A stretch of DNA of 64,000 nt from NCBI RefSeq assembly GCF_006345805.1, contig NC_043019.1, positions 20,831,360 to 20,895,359 on the forward strand. Reading direction: 5' to 3'. Positions 53,768 through 64,000 of the stretch are shown here, piece by piece (positions within the stretch are counted from its first letter, which is position 1; each line of letters starts with the position of its first letter). The DNA is from Octopus sinensis. Taxonomy: Eukaryota. A model generated the notes under the pieces. It searched no databases, was not told the DNA's origin, and saw only the letters and a program-made list of their open reading frames with translations. Both the position numbers and the translations under genes were made by a program.

Positions 53768-54016
53768 GCACTAAGGGCCGGTTGTTTCCTCCCTTTACGG
53801 TAGAAATCTATGTTAACATTTTTCTGAAATATTTATTGAAAAGGAAACGAAATAATCCAACCTGATAAGAAATGAGTACATCAGTCCGATCGAACATTTG
53901 ACCACCTGACTTTCGTGTAAAGACCTGTGGTAGAGTGGGCATGTCAATGGCGGGGTCGTGAATGGCGACGAAAGGACTAATAAACAGAGTTGATCGATTG
54001 GTTGATTAAACAAATT

Positions 54017-54178
54017 GGCGATCTTTCGTTTGTAGTAGCACGTTTCCGTCGATGATTTCCTCTTAGTCTCTTTCGCTCTCATTAATCAAAAATGTTCCCG
54101 CAAGCCCATATGTAAAAAAATAAAAGTTTTTTACGGAAATCATCGACGGAAACGTGCTACTACAAACGAAAGATCGCC
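54017..54178. mobile_element. Short Mutator-type MITE related to 38720-39132
   Basis: GGCGATCTTTCGTTTGTAGTAGCACGTTTCCGTCGATG ... CATCGACGGAAACGTGCTACTACAAACGAAAGATCGCC. 8-bp TSD AACAAATT. Confidence 0.85.
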
Positions 54179-54471
54179 AACAAATTAATCAAACAATCGG
54201 CAACTTAATAGGTCAAACGTTAACGAATTAACTAATAAAAGTTATATAGAACCAGTGCGTGTGTTTAGTATTGATATAATGACCCTCCCGAGATAAAAAA
54301 AAATATATATATATATATATATAAAGAAAAAGAGGTTTTTCATTCAGGAAAGAAAGGTTGTTTTGAATGATCTTTCTTGTGCTTGTGGATTTCCAGTACC
54401 GGTCTGCTTTATTTATAAAGCATTGAAGTAACAAAAGTAATGGAGACCAAACTACTACATCATTTACTCTT

Positions 54472-54675
54472 TTGCTCTTACTCTTTTACTTGTTTCAGTC
54501 ATTTGACTGCGGCCATGCTGGAGCACCGCCTTTAGTCGAGCAAATCGACCCCGGGACTTATTCTTTGTAAGCCCAGTACTTATTCTATCAGTCTCTTTTG
54601 CTGAACCGCTAAGTGACGGGGACGTAAACACACCAGCATCGGTTGTCAAGCAATGCTAGGGGGACAAACACACAT

Positions 54676-54706
<31 letters not shown>

Positions 54707-54868
54707 CATATATACGACAGGCTTCTTTCAGTTTCCGTCTACCAAATCCACTCACAAGGCATTGGTCGGCCCGAGGCTATAGCAGAAGACACTTGCCCAA
54801 AGTGCCACGCAGTGGGACTGAACCCAGAACCACGTGGTTGGTTAGCAAGCTACTTACCACACAGCCAC
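54472..54868 (-). mobile_element. SINE group B
   Basis: Near-identical to the other group B copies. Confidence 0.9.
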
Positions 54869-57800
54869 TGTTTCTCTTTAATCCTTATCTAAACCACTAA
54901 AGGATTTGTTCTGACAAGCGGGGGAGAATATGTTTGTAAGTTAAGACTTAGATAAGTTTTTTTTTTTTTTTAATATAGCGGAGTTTACTTCGTTGATGGG
55001 AAATATCTACATCCGGAAAATTATCAAAATTTACGTTAATTTTTTTTTTTCACTTTCATTATTGTTCAACCAGTCAGAGGTTGACAAGTCCTACATCTGT
55101 CTACGTAAAAACTGCACCCACGCCATAGCATTTTGTTATACACAAGTAAATGTCACAATCTTGATGGAATCCACCTAGTAAACAATGCAGTATCAAAATG
55201 TTTTTTTTTTTTTTAACATCTGAAGTTCTACGCATAAAACACTTCGCATCACACCCAAACTAGCGTAAAATTCTACACAGGGGAGGCAGAGGGGATTTGT
55301 ATAGAGCAATGGGACATTAAAGGAATATTTGAGAAAAAACGCTATGTTTAGAATGTTTAAATGTCTGTCACTGAACAACAGTTTTCTCATCATTAGAGAA
55401 AAGAGAAAGAGAGAAATGTAGACAAATTGTCTGCGATCAAACCATTGCAACTTTAAACGACAAACGTTTGTACCAGCCGACTATAAAAAAAAAAAACCAA
55501 AAAAAATCTCGAAAATGTTAAATCTGCAAGTTTTATATAAAAGAGGTAGATTAAGTTTAGTGTGTATGAAATTAAAACATCCGAGCGACACTCATTTTCT
55601 TTATAGCTGCATCCGGGTTAAGGTTTCGCGAAAGTTCTTGTGTCAGCTGTCGAAGCACTAAAAAGTTGTGTTAAGTCCCTTCTGTAAGTCATTAGATATA
55701 CTATTCATAATCTCCGACCGCTGCGCCGAATTTCGCAGTACAATGCAGAGAATTAATGGAACAAGATATTTAAAAATAAATAATCAGTTTCTAAAAAATA
55801 TGTCGGTCCCTGTAAGAGATATAAACCTTTGCCATTTTTTGAAAGTTTAATATGATGTGGAAGTTTCATATAACCTGGATTATGCACAACCGTTTACATT
55901 TGACGATTTATTAAGCCACTCCCTACTGATGGCTCCTCAACCCCGCTTTCTTAAAGGAAATTAGTCCTTAGACAAAAATATATACATAAGACGTTATATT
56001 GTTACAGGTGCCGATTGAAACTCAAAACGGTGAAGAATAGGGAATGCAAAACTGGTTTTTGTTGCAAAAATATTTTGAAAGAAGATTCACAAGAAACAGT
56101 AATGCTTGTATAGTTGTCATTTTAGCAGCATTTCTTCCGGCATTATGTTCTAAGTTCATTCACCACCCAGGTCAACTTTGCTTTTCATCCTTTCGGGGGT
56201 CGAGAAAATAAATATCAGTCAAGTACTGGAGTCGATGTAAACAACTATCCACCACGCCAACAAGTTTCAAGCCGATGTCAATGGTAAAAAGAAATTATTA
56301 AAGCTAGAGGACAAGTGATTACATTCTGTTTTCAAATACTGCTGAGGTCGACTTTGCCTTTCATCCTTAAATACCAGTTCAGGACTGTGGTTGATACAAT
56401 CGACTTCATCCGTCCCCTTAAAACTGATGGCTACCCCCCAAAAAATATTGAAGGATTCATTATTATTAATTAAGGCGACCTTTCAGGGGTCGATAAAAGA
56501 AAGTATCAATCAAGTACTGGGACCGATGGTATCGACTAACCGTCTTCCCTTAAATTACAAGCCTTGGCAAAAATTTAAAATATCTGGTGACGTTGAACTA
56601 TTTTCAAACCAAATCTCATCTCCGAAATCCACGATTCTAAAATATCCGAATTCATTGGAAGAGAATTTACTTTAAAACAGATTATCGCCAAAGGGGCTGC
56701 TGTGTTAATACCTGACGTTGGGGTGGACGGGCTTTGGGGCTTAAAAATCCAAAACAAGAGCCATGAAGTTTTATTGCCCTGAAGCCTAGTATAGCAGCTT
56801 CCTGCTATTCCCCTCTTCATTTCCTGTTACCTATCTCTAAAAAGAATACGATTTTATCTTTAGTAATAGTAGCAGGTCTATCACAAAGCTTAGGCCGGAG
56901 ATTATCTTTCTGTGGAGTATAAGTGACCAATAGTACATTACTCCAGTCTCCGAATGGAGACCTCAGTCCGTAGCCGGACCCATATCCCCATTCAGATATT
57001 ATCCTCTCTGTAATCTCCTTCCCACCAAGCTGTTACTGGTATTGATTTTCAGCTGACTGAAGCAACATGAAATAAAGCGTTTTGCTCAAGAACACGCTAC
57101 CCGGTCTGGGAATCGAAACGATTGACTTACGATCGTTATTTCAATATCCTAACCACTAGGCCACGCGCCTTCGCTGCAATAGTAGAAACAAGTAATTGTG
57201 TTGGTAGTGGCAAGCTATTGTAGTAATAGTAGTTAATTGTGATGGTAACAGACCAAAGATGTATGAAACCAGGTTTAGGCTAACTCCAGTGGGTACGGTG
57301 ATACGAGATTGATTCCAGATTAATAGAAGGAGGTAACTTGAAATAGGAGGGAAATAGTTACAGCCGTTTAACACCACCAGGCACCTTAGGTTTCTTATCA
57401 ATTCCTTCCGCCGCGAGTTTAAAATCACACCGCAGTTGAACTAATTTTGCCTGTCGTCCTGTGGTCGACAAAAAGTACGAAATAAAGTCAAGTACTGGGG
57501 TCGAAATAATAGATTAGCTCGTTCCCTCGCTTCAATCGAAATTGTTGCCTTTGAGTCTAAATGGAATAATAATTCGCCATTTTGAAAAAGGAAAGGATAC
57601 GGCGGACGATGTAGTATTAGATACTATCTGAAAATATGAGATGGTCACGGTTGGAAAACTTTTTAATCATAGGTCTGATTAGACTAACCGAAGATTAAAC
57701 AAGAGTTACAGTCTTTCCAGTACATTTTGAACAGCTCTTGGCGAAGGTGGGTATCGAACACGTTTATTCAATCGAAATAAAACAGATAGATAAAATTTAA

Positions 57801-58974
57801 GTTAAACGTCATACATTCGAGGTAGACAAGTACGCTACGGATTTTCCAGCAGCTGATGATCCGGTACCTCTTTTAATCCGGACATAATTATGTCCAGACA
57901 CTAATGTTTCCTGCGGCCATTTTTAAATATGACGGTAGTTTATTTTTTTAATTTTTTTTTTTTAGATTTACTATTGGGCAAAGGTAAAGAATACGTACAC
58001 CCGGTATTTGGGGTTACGCCGAAAACGGGTGGTGTGCGTATTGTTTACCTCCGCTTACTATTATGCCCGTCACGGGGGTCAGGTATAATAGTAAAAATAT
58101 CCGGGAAAATGAATCCGGAAGGGGAGAGAACAGAAATGTGAAAGCAAATTTAAAAAAAAAAAATGGACGAAAATTTCTTTCACAGAAGGAAACAACCACC
58201 CAGTTCCTTGTCCTTTTCTTTCTCCACGAAAGAAAATAGTAGCTATTCCGAAAGTCCGCCGATCAGAGATTACACCCGTCTCACGACATGCATTTGTTCA
58301 TTCAGTAGGAACAAAGCAACAAGGCTGAAACTTTCTTTCTACACCTAACAATTCATTCTACTAAAATTTAAAATAATAAACGGCTTTTGACATGAACTGT
58401 AGAAACACGAAAATCTAATCTCTGAAATATAACTAGAGGGGTGTGGAGGACGGAAAGTAAAACACCCCACACAGATTTGCATTATACCCGCAGTGAATGT
58501 ATATGATTATACAAGGCTGTATGTAATTTAGCTGCACCAATGAAACTTAATAGACGAGGGATCAGAGTGTTAACTAGACCATATAGCAACAAAATTGACA
58601 GAGAAAAAAACAATAACACAAAATAAGTTAAATAAATAAAACATGTTCTTATAGCTTTGAGAATTTCCCATGCGCTGTATAATTTCTGGCAACTATATTA
58701 ACTTATCAATGGCGTAGCCAGGGTTTCGAATACTTACTTAACTTACAGCGTTACCTAGAGTCAGATGGCTTTGCTGTTTGCCGATGATTTACGTGTGACC
58801 TTCGACTGCGCAAAACACTAACAACCGCAAGTATGAGTATTTATATTGAATGTCTTAAGAGGACATGTATCACATGACTTAATCGAACGTGGTAGTGAGA
58901 GTGGGAAAGAGGACACTGAGAATATATGGAAGACAACTGGGGTTACGAAACCATTGACAAGTTCAAATTTTTGC

Positions 58975-60386
58975 ACAAGACCACCAATTTCGGGGGAGGG
59001 GCAAGTCAATTACATCGACCCAAGTTCTCAATTCATACTTATTTTATCGACCCCGAAAGAATGAACGGCAAGGTCGACCTCGGCGGCATTGTACTCAGAA
59101 CGTAAAGACGGACGCAATGTAGCTGAGCATTTTGTCCGGCCCGGTATGAAACCATTAATAATCCTTTCTAATATAGGCACAAGGCCTGAAATTTGTTGGG
59201 AGGGGACTAGTTGATTACATCGACCCTCAGTGTTTCACTGGTACTTAATTTATCGACTTCGAAAGGATGAAAGGCAAAGTCGACCTCGGCGGAATTTAAA
59301 CTCAGAACGTAGCAACAGACGAAATACCTATTTCTTTATTATCCACAAGGGGCTAAACATAGAGGGGACAAACAAGGACAGACATAGGTATTAAGTCGAT
59401 TACATCGACCCCAGTGCGCAACTGGTACTTAATTTATCGACCTCGAAAGGATGAAAGGCAAAGTCGACCTCGGCGGAATTTGAACTCAGAACGTAGCAGC
59501 AGACGAAATACCACTAAGCATTTTGCCCTGTGTGGTAACGATTCTGCCAACTCGCCGCCTTTATACGAAACCCTTAATAATAATGATCGTTCTTAATTAT
59601 TAAAGTACGCTGCAAGGGTGGCAGTAGATTGATAAGAATCGTTGAAGCGTCTCAACGCTCTGAGTTCAAATCCCGCCGAAGTCAACTTTGAATTTTATTC
59701 TCTCAGGCGTGGATTGAGAGTCGATTAATTGAAATACCAATCAGATACTGAGATGGATCTAATCGACGAAGCCCACTCCACTTTCCCCTCAAATTACTCA
59801 GCTTGTAACTAAATCAGAAACCATGGGTACAAGAAGGCGGTCAGCTGGCAGAATCATTAGAGCATCGGAAAAAAAAAAAGGCTTCACGATATTTCTTCCG
59901 GTTCTGAGTTCAAATCCTGCTAAGGTCAGTTTTGTCTTCCATCCAAAAAATGAAGTACAGATAAAATGAAATACTAGAATCAATGATATCGCTTTATACC
60001 TATTTCTTTATTACCCACAAGGGGCTAAACATAGAGGGGACAAACAAGGACAGACATAGGTATTAAGTCGATTACATCGACCCCAGTGCGTGATTGGTGC
60101 TTAATTTATCGGCCCCGAAAGGATGAAAGGCAAAGTCGACCTCGGCGGAATTTGAACTCAGAACGTAGCGGCAGACGAAATACCTATTTCTTTACTACCC
60201 ACAAGGGGCTAAACATAGAGGGAACAAACAAGGACAGACATAGGTATTAAGTTGATTACATCGACCCCAGTGCGTAATTGGTGCTTAATTTATCGGCCCC
60301 GAAATTTGAACTCACAACGTAACGGCAGACGAAATACCGCAAAACATTTCGCCCGGCGTGCTAACGCTTCTGCCAGCTCGCCGCCT
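58975..60386 (-). mobile_element. Cluster of nested and dimeric group A SINEs
   Basis: At least five minus-strand cores (TTTATCGACCCCGAAAGGATGAAAGGCAAAGTCGACCTCGGCGG) and one older plus-strand copy (~59620-59830). Confidence 0.88.
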
Positions 60387-60665
60387 TATATCGCTTTATA
60401 CCATCCTCTCAAAATCGCTAAGAAACTAATTTACTGACACGTACGAGCTTTCATACGTTTCCAAATTCCGCCCCGCCCCTACTTAACACTACGATTTAAA
60501 TATTAGAGATTAACAACAAAGGAAGTACTATTGTTGGTGTGGTTCTGTATTTTCTGTAGCTGCAGGTGTGGAATTTCAGTTTACCATTTTATATTGATTG
60601 CATTATGACGACCATTCCGCATCAATTGGAACCCACAGATTCAGGTATCTTTTTTTTTTTTTTTT

Positions 60666-61042
60666 ATCTTTTACTTGTTTCAGTCATTTGACTGCGGCCA
60701 TGCTGGAGCACCGCCTTTAGTCGAGCAAATCGACCCCGGGACTTATTCTTTGTAAGCCCAGTACTTATTCTATCGGTCTCTTTTGCCGAACCGCTAAGTG
60801 ACGGGGACGTAAACACACCAGCATCGGTTGTCAAGCAATGCTAGGGGGACAAACACACACACACACACACATATATATATAAATATATATATATACATAT
60901 ATACGACAGGCTTCTTTCAGTTTCCGTCTACCAAATCCACTCACAAGGCATTGGTCGGCCCGGGGCTATAGCAGAAGACACTTGCCCAAGATGCCACGCA
61001 GTGGGACTGAACCCGGAGCCATGTGGTTGGTTAGCAAGCTAC
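60666..61042 (-). mobile_element. SINE group B
   Basis: Near-identical to 54472-54868. Confidence 0.9.
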
Positions 61043-61370
61043 TTACCACACAGCCACTCCTGCGTATATTTGGATTAATGTTCTTTTAATTGTTGTAATT
61101 CATTGAACTGCGGCCATGCTGGAAGCATCGTCTTGAAAAACTTTAGTTAGTAAAATATATTTTTTTAAATACTGGTACATAAATCTGTTCGTCTCTTTTT
61201 GCTGAACCGCTATATTTAGTTTAGTTTGTTCCTTCTCGAGCCATGCCTGGCTCATAAGGGCCGGTTTCCCGGTTTCCTTGGCACATAGGTTCCCCACCTG
61301 AACGGGACGCCGGTCCGTCGCAGGTGTGTAAAAAAATTATTTATTTTGTGATTTATTTATTTTGCTAGGT

Positions 61371-61451
61371 AGTCGTAGGATCGACTAGTTACGGCTAGCT
61401 AGCGCGGATGTGCGAGTGCGCGCACTGGGACCACTCTTCTTAAGTAGTACC
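61371..61451. repeat. 81-bp CpG-dense palindromic module, copy 2 (unclassified)
   Basis: 71/81 identity to 53687-53767. Confidence 0.85.
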
Positions 61452-61525
61452 TATATATATGTGTGTGTATAAAGAGGTTGCCACTTAAGTCACCGACTTT
61501 GGGACACATTGTACTGAGTGATATG

Positions 61526-61675
61526 CAGGGCCGGCTCAAAATACCACAACTCAGGCATTCGCCCGGGGCGCCATGTACTTAGTAGTGGGCGCAAGGAGGG
61601 CGTGACAAAGACAAGGTAATTTACACGACGAAGTTCAGCTTGCCCGGGGCACCAGCAACCCTAGGGCCGGCTCTG
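61526..61675. mobile_element. hAT-type MITE
   Basis: Imperfect TIR CAGGGCCGGCTC/GGGCCGGCTCTG. Flanks GTGATATG/GTGACATA (6/8 match). Confidence 0.65.
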
Positions 61676-62155
61676 GTGACATACTACTAGTAGCAGTAAG
61701 GAGAGTGGGTTTCGTTGGACATTATACAGAACAAAGACAACACTTGTCAAAGGGCGTTTAGACTCAGTAAGATTAATGGCCAACCAACAGCTGCGAATGA
61801 CAAACCCCTAGTCTTTTGATAAATGAAGAAATTTCATAGATCTGGATCAGTGTTTTCCAACTTAGAGTCGGAAGAAATACAGCAAGGAATTTTCCTAAGC
61901 TTTAACGATTTTTTCAGCTTTCTCTCCCCCACGATTCTTCCAACCCACCACTTGTACTATTTTTCCGACCCACCGCTCTCATGATTCTGCTAACCCGTCG
62001 CGACTCTCCCAACCCACTGCCCATTGCGATTACGATTATGCCAGTCCGCCGCCCTCTGGCCAATTCCACTCTAGACAATGTGAATTAGTTAAAACCAGCG
62101 ATAAAACTGTTTCTTCGCCTTCCTACTTTCATCCACTGTATTTATAAAAAAAAAA

Positions 62156-62577
62156 TGGATCTTTTCGGTTTGAACGGCAGTTTTTTCTAGCGGTGTCATA
62201 TGAAATTGTCACCTATAACTATGACCCTAGTATCGATCTATTGTATTGCAATCTATTTTAGGGCTAGGGTTAGTTAGGGGTGGGGGAAGGGTATATTTTT
62301 TTCTTCAGAAATGTAAATAAACCCAATCTGTTTCTTAAACGAGGGACATTTTCATACGGCACAGAATGTTTTCACCTCAATAGACGGTCATTGATTGGTT
62401 GAAATTTGCAGAAATTGAAGAAAAAACAACAAATATCTTACAAACTATAGAATTTTCTCAATAAAGCCAAGAGAAAAAGACGTTTTATAAACACATTCTA
62501 CCAGTATACGAAGTTTAAAAGTGTTTAGTTACGTGGGAATTATTTTTAAAAACTGCCGTTCAAACCGAAAAGATCCC
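62156..62577. mobile_element. MITE, GGATCTTTTC family (opposite orientation to 45925-46327)
   Basis: TIR GGATCTTTTCGGTTTGAACGGCAGTTTTT/AAAAACTGCCGTTCAAACCGAAAAGATCC. Internal sequence is the reverse complement of 45925-46327. Confidence 0.9.
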
Positions 62578-63404
62578 AAAAATTGTTTTCATTAGCATTT
62601 ATTTTCAAACTTTATTAAAAGTACAATCTTTAGGAAAACTGCACACACGAAAAAAAAAAATGCTTGGAATAATTATCTCGGCATTTTTGTACTGAAGATT
62701 TCAACAAGTGGAAAAAGAAAAAGGAGTGGGTGAGGGGAGATTGCTCGCAGAGACACCGTTTGTTCCTGAACTGAAGGTACAGGAGGTTGCACTCTTTAAT
62801 TGAGGAACGTAATGTTTATTATTATTATAATAATTAATATTATTGTCGTTTATGAAAATAAACAGTAAAAATAAAAAGCCATAGGGGGCGGGTGAGGCGG
62901 TTCTATATGGAATGGTTACATTTCAGCGTTGAAAGATGATTCTATTTTCAAAACTAATGTTATGACAGTCACTTCCAAATCTTTGGTGCTCTTAAAAACG
63001 TATGCAACCTCATGAATATTTCCGATTACACTTGTGTAACACAGTTTTTGTCCTTGGGGAGCAACTGTTATTTATTTGCTTACCTCTAGAAAGTATGAGA
63101 AATAGTTAATATTTCCTTCAAACTTTTGCTTTTGTTGCATTTTTTCAAACCCCACAAAACCCCTCTCAACACATGGCTATGATACTCCCCGACTACTCCT
63201 CATGATCAGAGATGTACATATCGTCAGTCACTAAGGGACATGCTCGAGTAGTTATGGTCAAGCAACTGACGAGCAAATTTTGTTAATTGCTATTGTTTTT
63301 GCCTACAAGGTTCTTTGTATCCTCCTGTCTTTTGTCTTGCGTCGTCCTAAATGTTTCTCGTGGCCGTGTGAACAACAAAGAATTGTTAATACGGTAGTGC
63401 ATCG

Positions 63405-63650
63405 TTCACTCGGTCGTTCTTTTGTTCGTTCGCTCGTTCTTCCATTCGTTCGTTCATTTGTTCGTTCGCTCGTTCTTCCATTCGTTCGTTCAACCACACG
63501 TTCGTTCGTTCAACCACACGTTCGTTCGTTCGTTCCTTCACCCGTTCATTCGTTCGTTGGTTCGTTCACGTGTTCGTTCACACGTTTGTTCGTTCGTTCG
63601 TTCACACGTTTGTTCGTGCGTTCATTCGTTTTCTTTCACTTGTTCTTTCT
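63405..63650. repeat. Degenerate (TTCG)n microsatellite
   Basis: TTCGTTCGTTC repeats with interruptions. Confidence 0.92.
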
Positions 63651-64000
63651 CGCGTCCTTATGAATAAGCCCACACTTCATCAAATTACGATAAATTTTTT
63701 AATAAAACATATGTGACCGCATTTAATGAAACCTACTGGGTATAAGTGCAGTGTACATTGTTATTATACATCTTATTTGTTTTAGATAAACATGGTGGTT
63801 AGTATAAATTCTCGTTAAAGGTGAAGGCTGGCCGCGTAGATTCCAACTTCCTTGCTCCCTCATCGCATCTGCCTTCTCGATTGGCCTAAATATTGATACT
63901 GATTAAATAACGGTAGTTTGTAGATATTATTTTCATTCAATCTCTGACACCTTCGCAATTCTTCTTGGGCAAACGAGGGAGTCTCTTGGTCGGTCTCACT

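Noticed and set aside
55850-55945. Protein-like peptide YDVEVSYNLDYAQPFTFDDFIKPLPTDGSSTPLS*
   Set aside because: Bounded by stops, with no start codon, splice acceptor or recognisable homology.
57850-58140. CpG-rich stretch with minus-strand donors (AG|GTAAAC at 58048, GTAAGC at 58058) as promoter or first exon of the BTB gene
   Set aside because: Plausible, but there are several competing donors and no way to choose without transcripts.
46200-62300. TTAGGG/CCCTAA motifs as interstitial telomere
   Set aside because: Only 1-2 units each, internal to the GGATCTTTTC MITE.

Overview
AT-rich, microsatellite- and SINE-dense animal genomic DNA. The repeat families point to an octopus (inference). 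Two protein-coding genes lie tail-to-tail. (1) On the + strand, a penta-EF-hand gene of the peflin/ALG-2(PDCD6) type. I assembled it by hand from 8 phase-consistent GT-AG exons (3839-4136, 6152-6281, 27104-27404, 31047-31174, 32082-32156, 37430-37504, 43308-43476, 44324-44365). It encodes about 405 aa from 3839, may start further upstream, and has an unusually long (>=230 aa) Ser/Arg/Gly/Tyr-rich N-terminal extension. (2) On the - strand, a 663-aa BTB-BACK protein with a degenerate Kelch-like C-terminus, encoded by one exon (53020-51029). The rest is mobile DNA: three tRNA-derived SINE groups, RTE, R4/Dong, L1-Tx1 and L2/CR1-group LINE fragments, a Penelope-like GIY-YIG remnant, hammerhead-like motifs, three non-autonomous Helitrons, hAT/piggyBac/Mutator-type MITEs, a 6-bp-TSD MITE family, minisatellites and many microsatellites. 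There is no CRISPR array, rRNA or intact tRNA gene. I did not find a demonstrably new system. The best leads are the odd PEF protein, its pairing with a Kelch-type CUL3 adaptor, an in-frame exon block flanked by inverted Helitrons, intronic hammerhead motifs and an unexplained CpG-dense palindromic 81-bp module present twice. All counts and alignments were done by hand.
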